DNA of 16,973 nucleotides from a virus (Duplodnaviria; Heunggongvirae; Uroviricota; Caudoviricetes): IMG/VR virus record IMGVR_UViG_2529293240_000008, positions 1 to 16,973 of that record; one strand, 5' to 3'. Shown piece by piece: positions 14,704 to 16,973 of this stretch (position 1 is its first letter; each line of letters starts with the position of its first letter). The notes under the pieces were generated by a model. It saw only the letters and a program-made list of their open reading frames with translations, ran no database searches and was not told where the DNA came from. The position numbers and the translations under genes were made by a program.

Positions 14704-15316
14704 ATGATTCAGCTATCCAGTAGTCACAAACTTCCAGCCGTCTCCTATCTCTACCAGCGTAACGGCGTCTACTACTTCCGTCTTCGGGTCAGACAATCAA
14801 ACAATGATAGAATGACCTCAGTATCATTACGGACCAAGGATAGACGCACCGCTATGGCTCACTCAAGGCACATCAAGGCAGCACTCAAGGCAATACACGC
14901 AGACAGACCCAACGCTACCTATGAGGAGATGAGGGAGCACCTTAAGGACATCGCTGAGTGTGAACTGTCTATGGGCCGTTCAGATCTCTTTGAGCCTGAC
15001 ATGAGGGATATCTACCGGGACCAATACGGAGAACTTGGTGAGAGCCTTACCGATGCTCTGGCTAGTGAGCCGCTAAGTATTGACCAGCATCGTTACATCA
15101 ATGAGGCCCTGAAGGTGCTAAAAGCCTGTATGAGGCGTATCGAAGCGGGAGATAGTCAGCCTCTGATAGATTACGTCGATCGTTTTAATGATATTGATCG
15201 GCAAGATGACCAAGCCCCTGTGTCCCTATCTGTTAGTGCTCCAGAAGTAAAACCAGAAGTTACGCCTAGCATTACCATAGCGAGCCTCTTTGAGCAATAT
15301 GAAGCGGAGAACTCTC
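14704..15316 (+). pseudogene. Putative tyrosine-integrase gene, N-terminal (arm-binding type) portion, 3' end truncated by IS2
   Basis: N-terminus ...LPAVSYLYQRNGVYYFRLRV... resembles the integrase arm-binding motif (compare lambda Int LPPNLYIRNNGYYCYR). The ORF runs into the IS2 terminus, so its last ~13 codons and stop (15357) are IS2-derived. Weak RBS. Confidence 0.4.
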
Positions 15317-15327
15317 TGGATTTGCCC

Positions 15328-16233
15328 CTATATTTCCAGACATCTGTTATCACTTAACCCATTACAAGCCCGCTGCCGCAGATATTCCCGTGGCGAGCGA
15401 TAACCCAGCGCACTATGCGGATGCCATTCGTTATAATGCTCGAACGCCTCTGCAAGGTTCTTTGCTGCCGTTAACCCGTCTGGTTTGGGCATGATACTGA
15501 TGTAGTCACGCTTTATCGTTTTCACGAAGCTCTCTGCTATTCCGTTACTCTCCGGACTCCGCACCGCCGTGTTCTTCGGTTCAAGTCCCAACATCCGGGC
15601 GAACTGGCGTGTTTCATTAGCCCGGTAGCATGAACCATTATCCGTCAGCCACTCCACTGGAGACGACGGAAGATCGTTGCCGAAGCGGCGTTCCACCGCT
15701 CCCAGCATGACGTCCTGTACTGTTTCACTGTTGAAGCCGCCGGTAGTCACCGCCCAGTGCAGTGCCTCACGATCACAGCAGTCCAGCGCGAACGTGACAC
15801 GCAGTCTCTCTCCGTTATCACAGCAGAACTCGAACCCGTCAGAGCACCATCGCTGATTGCTTTCTTTCACGGCTACTCTGCCTGTATGTGCCCGTTTCGA
15901 TGGCGGTACAGCAGGTTTTCGCTCAAGCAACAGCGCATTCTGGCGCATGATCCGGTAAACACGTTTGGCATTGATCGCAGGCATACCATCAAGTTCTGCC
16001 TGTCTGCGAAGCAGCGCCCATACCCGACGATAACCATACGTGGGCAGCTCTCCGATAACATGGTGTATACGGAGAAGCACATCCGTATCATCAGTGTGAC
16101 GACTGCGGCGGCCATCCATCCAGTCATCGGTTCGTCTGAGAATGACGTGCAACTGCGCACGCGACACCCGGAGACAACGGCTGACTAAGCTTACTCCCCA
16201 TCCCCGGGCAATAAGGGCGCGTGCGCTATCCAC
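15328..16233 (-). CDS. insD: IS2 transposase OrfB (InsD, DDE domain)
   Basis: 301-aa track ORF with the IS2 InsD sequence ...[32 protein letters not shown]...; expressed as InsCD by -1 frameshift. Confidence 0.9.
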
Positions 16234-16556
16234 TTTTTTGCCCGTCCATATTCAACGGCTTCTTTGAGGAGTTCATTTTCCATCGTTTTCTTGCCGAGCA
16301 GGCGCTGGAGTTCTTTAATCTGCTTCATGGCGGCAGCAAGTTCAGAGGCAGGAACAACCTGTTCTCCGGCGGCCACAGCAGTAAGACTTCCTTCCTGGTA
16401 TTGCTTACGCCAGAGAAATAACTGGCTGGCTGCTACACCATGTTGCCGGGCAACGAGGGAGACCGTCATCCCCGGTTCAAAGCTCTGCTGAACAATTGCG
16501 ATCTTTTCCTGTGTGGTACGCCGTCTGCGTTTCTCCGGCCCTAAGACATCAATCAT
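16191..16556 (-). CDS. insC: IS2 transposase OrfA (InsC, HTH)
   Basis: [56 protein letters not shown]... (121 aa) starting at the ATG at 16556 inside the longer track ORF. Confidence 0.9.
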
Positions 16557-16648
16557 CTGTTCTCCAATGACTAGTCTAAAAACTAGTATTAAGACTATCA
16601 CTTAAATAAGTGATACTGGTTGTCTGGAGATTCAGGGGGCCAGTCTAG

Positions 16649-16973
<325 letters not shown>

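Larger units (their letters stand above)
15317..16647 (-). mobile_element. IS2, complete copy (1331 bp)
   Basis: Termini TGGATTTGCCCCTATATTTCCAGACATCTGTTATCACTTAA (15317-) and ...GGAGATTCAGGGGGCCAGTCTA (-16647); InsC/InsD ORFs; T6G slippery site on the coding strand near 16235-16242. Flanking 5-bp sequences differ (CTCTC vs GTGGC). Confidence 0.9.

Noticed and set aside
14590-15316. Shiga-toxin or lysis genes immediately downstream of the Q-tRNA cluster
   Set aside because: This is the position of stxAB in Stx phages, but the only ORF there has an integrase-like N-terminus and no resemblance to StxA/StxB, holin or endolysin. No toxin or lysis genes are present in the window.
15757-16421. ORFs inside IS2 (15757..16188 +, 15873..16160 -, 16221..16421 +, 16264..16491 +)
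   Set aside because: Alternative frames within the IS2 transposase genes; IS2 is known to encode only InsC/InsD (InsCD).

Overview
This window reads as an IS-rich enterobacterial (E. coli/Shigella-type) accessory region built around a cryptic lambdoid prophage remnant. All calls are from reading the sequence and the ORF track; no database search was run, and coordinates of non-CDS features are approximate to a few bases. Left to right: the 3' end of an IS66-family element; a degenerate group II intron; a DUF1778-antitoxin/GNAT-toxin (TacAT-type) pair; an IS600-like IS3-family element; then the prophage remnant (about 4250-15316) with a cI-like repressor and Cro-like gene, Rha/AntA-like genes, a HigBA-like toxin-antitoxin pair, an O-like/DnaC-like/DnaB-like replication module, NinH, Q, a terminator and four tightly packed tRNA genes. 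It ends in an integrase-like fragment cut by a complete IS2, followed by an IS3-family transposase fragment. The most interesting feature is a pair of tandem, divergent control modules at 8255-9755. Each has an identical sigma70-like promoter, an attenuator-like terminator, and a structured leader RNA whose hairpin loop is complementary to the ribosome-binding site of its own downstream Rha-like gene, resembling P1 c4 / P4 CI antisense immunity. Other points worth a second look are an opposite-strand gene in the cII position, an HTH protein in the rex position, iterons inside the O-like gene, and a variant tRNA-Gly next to the integrase fragment.
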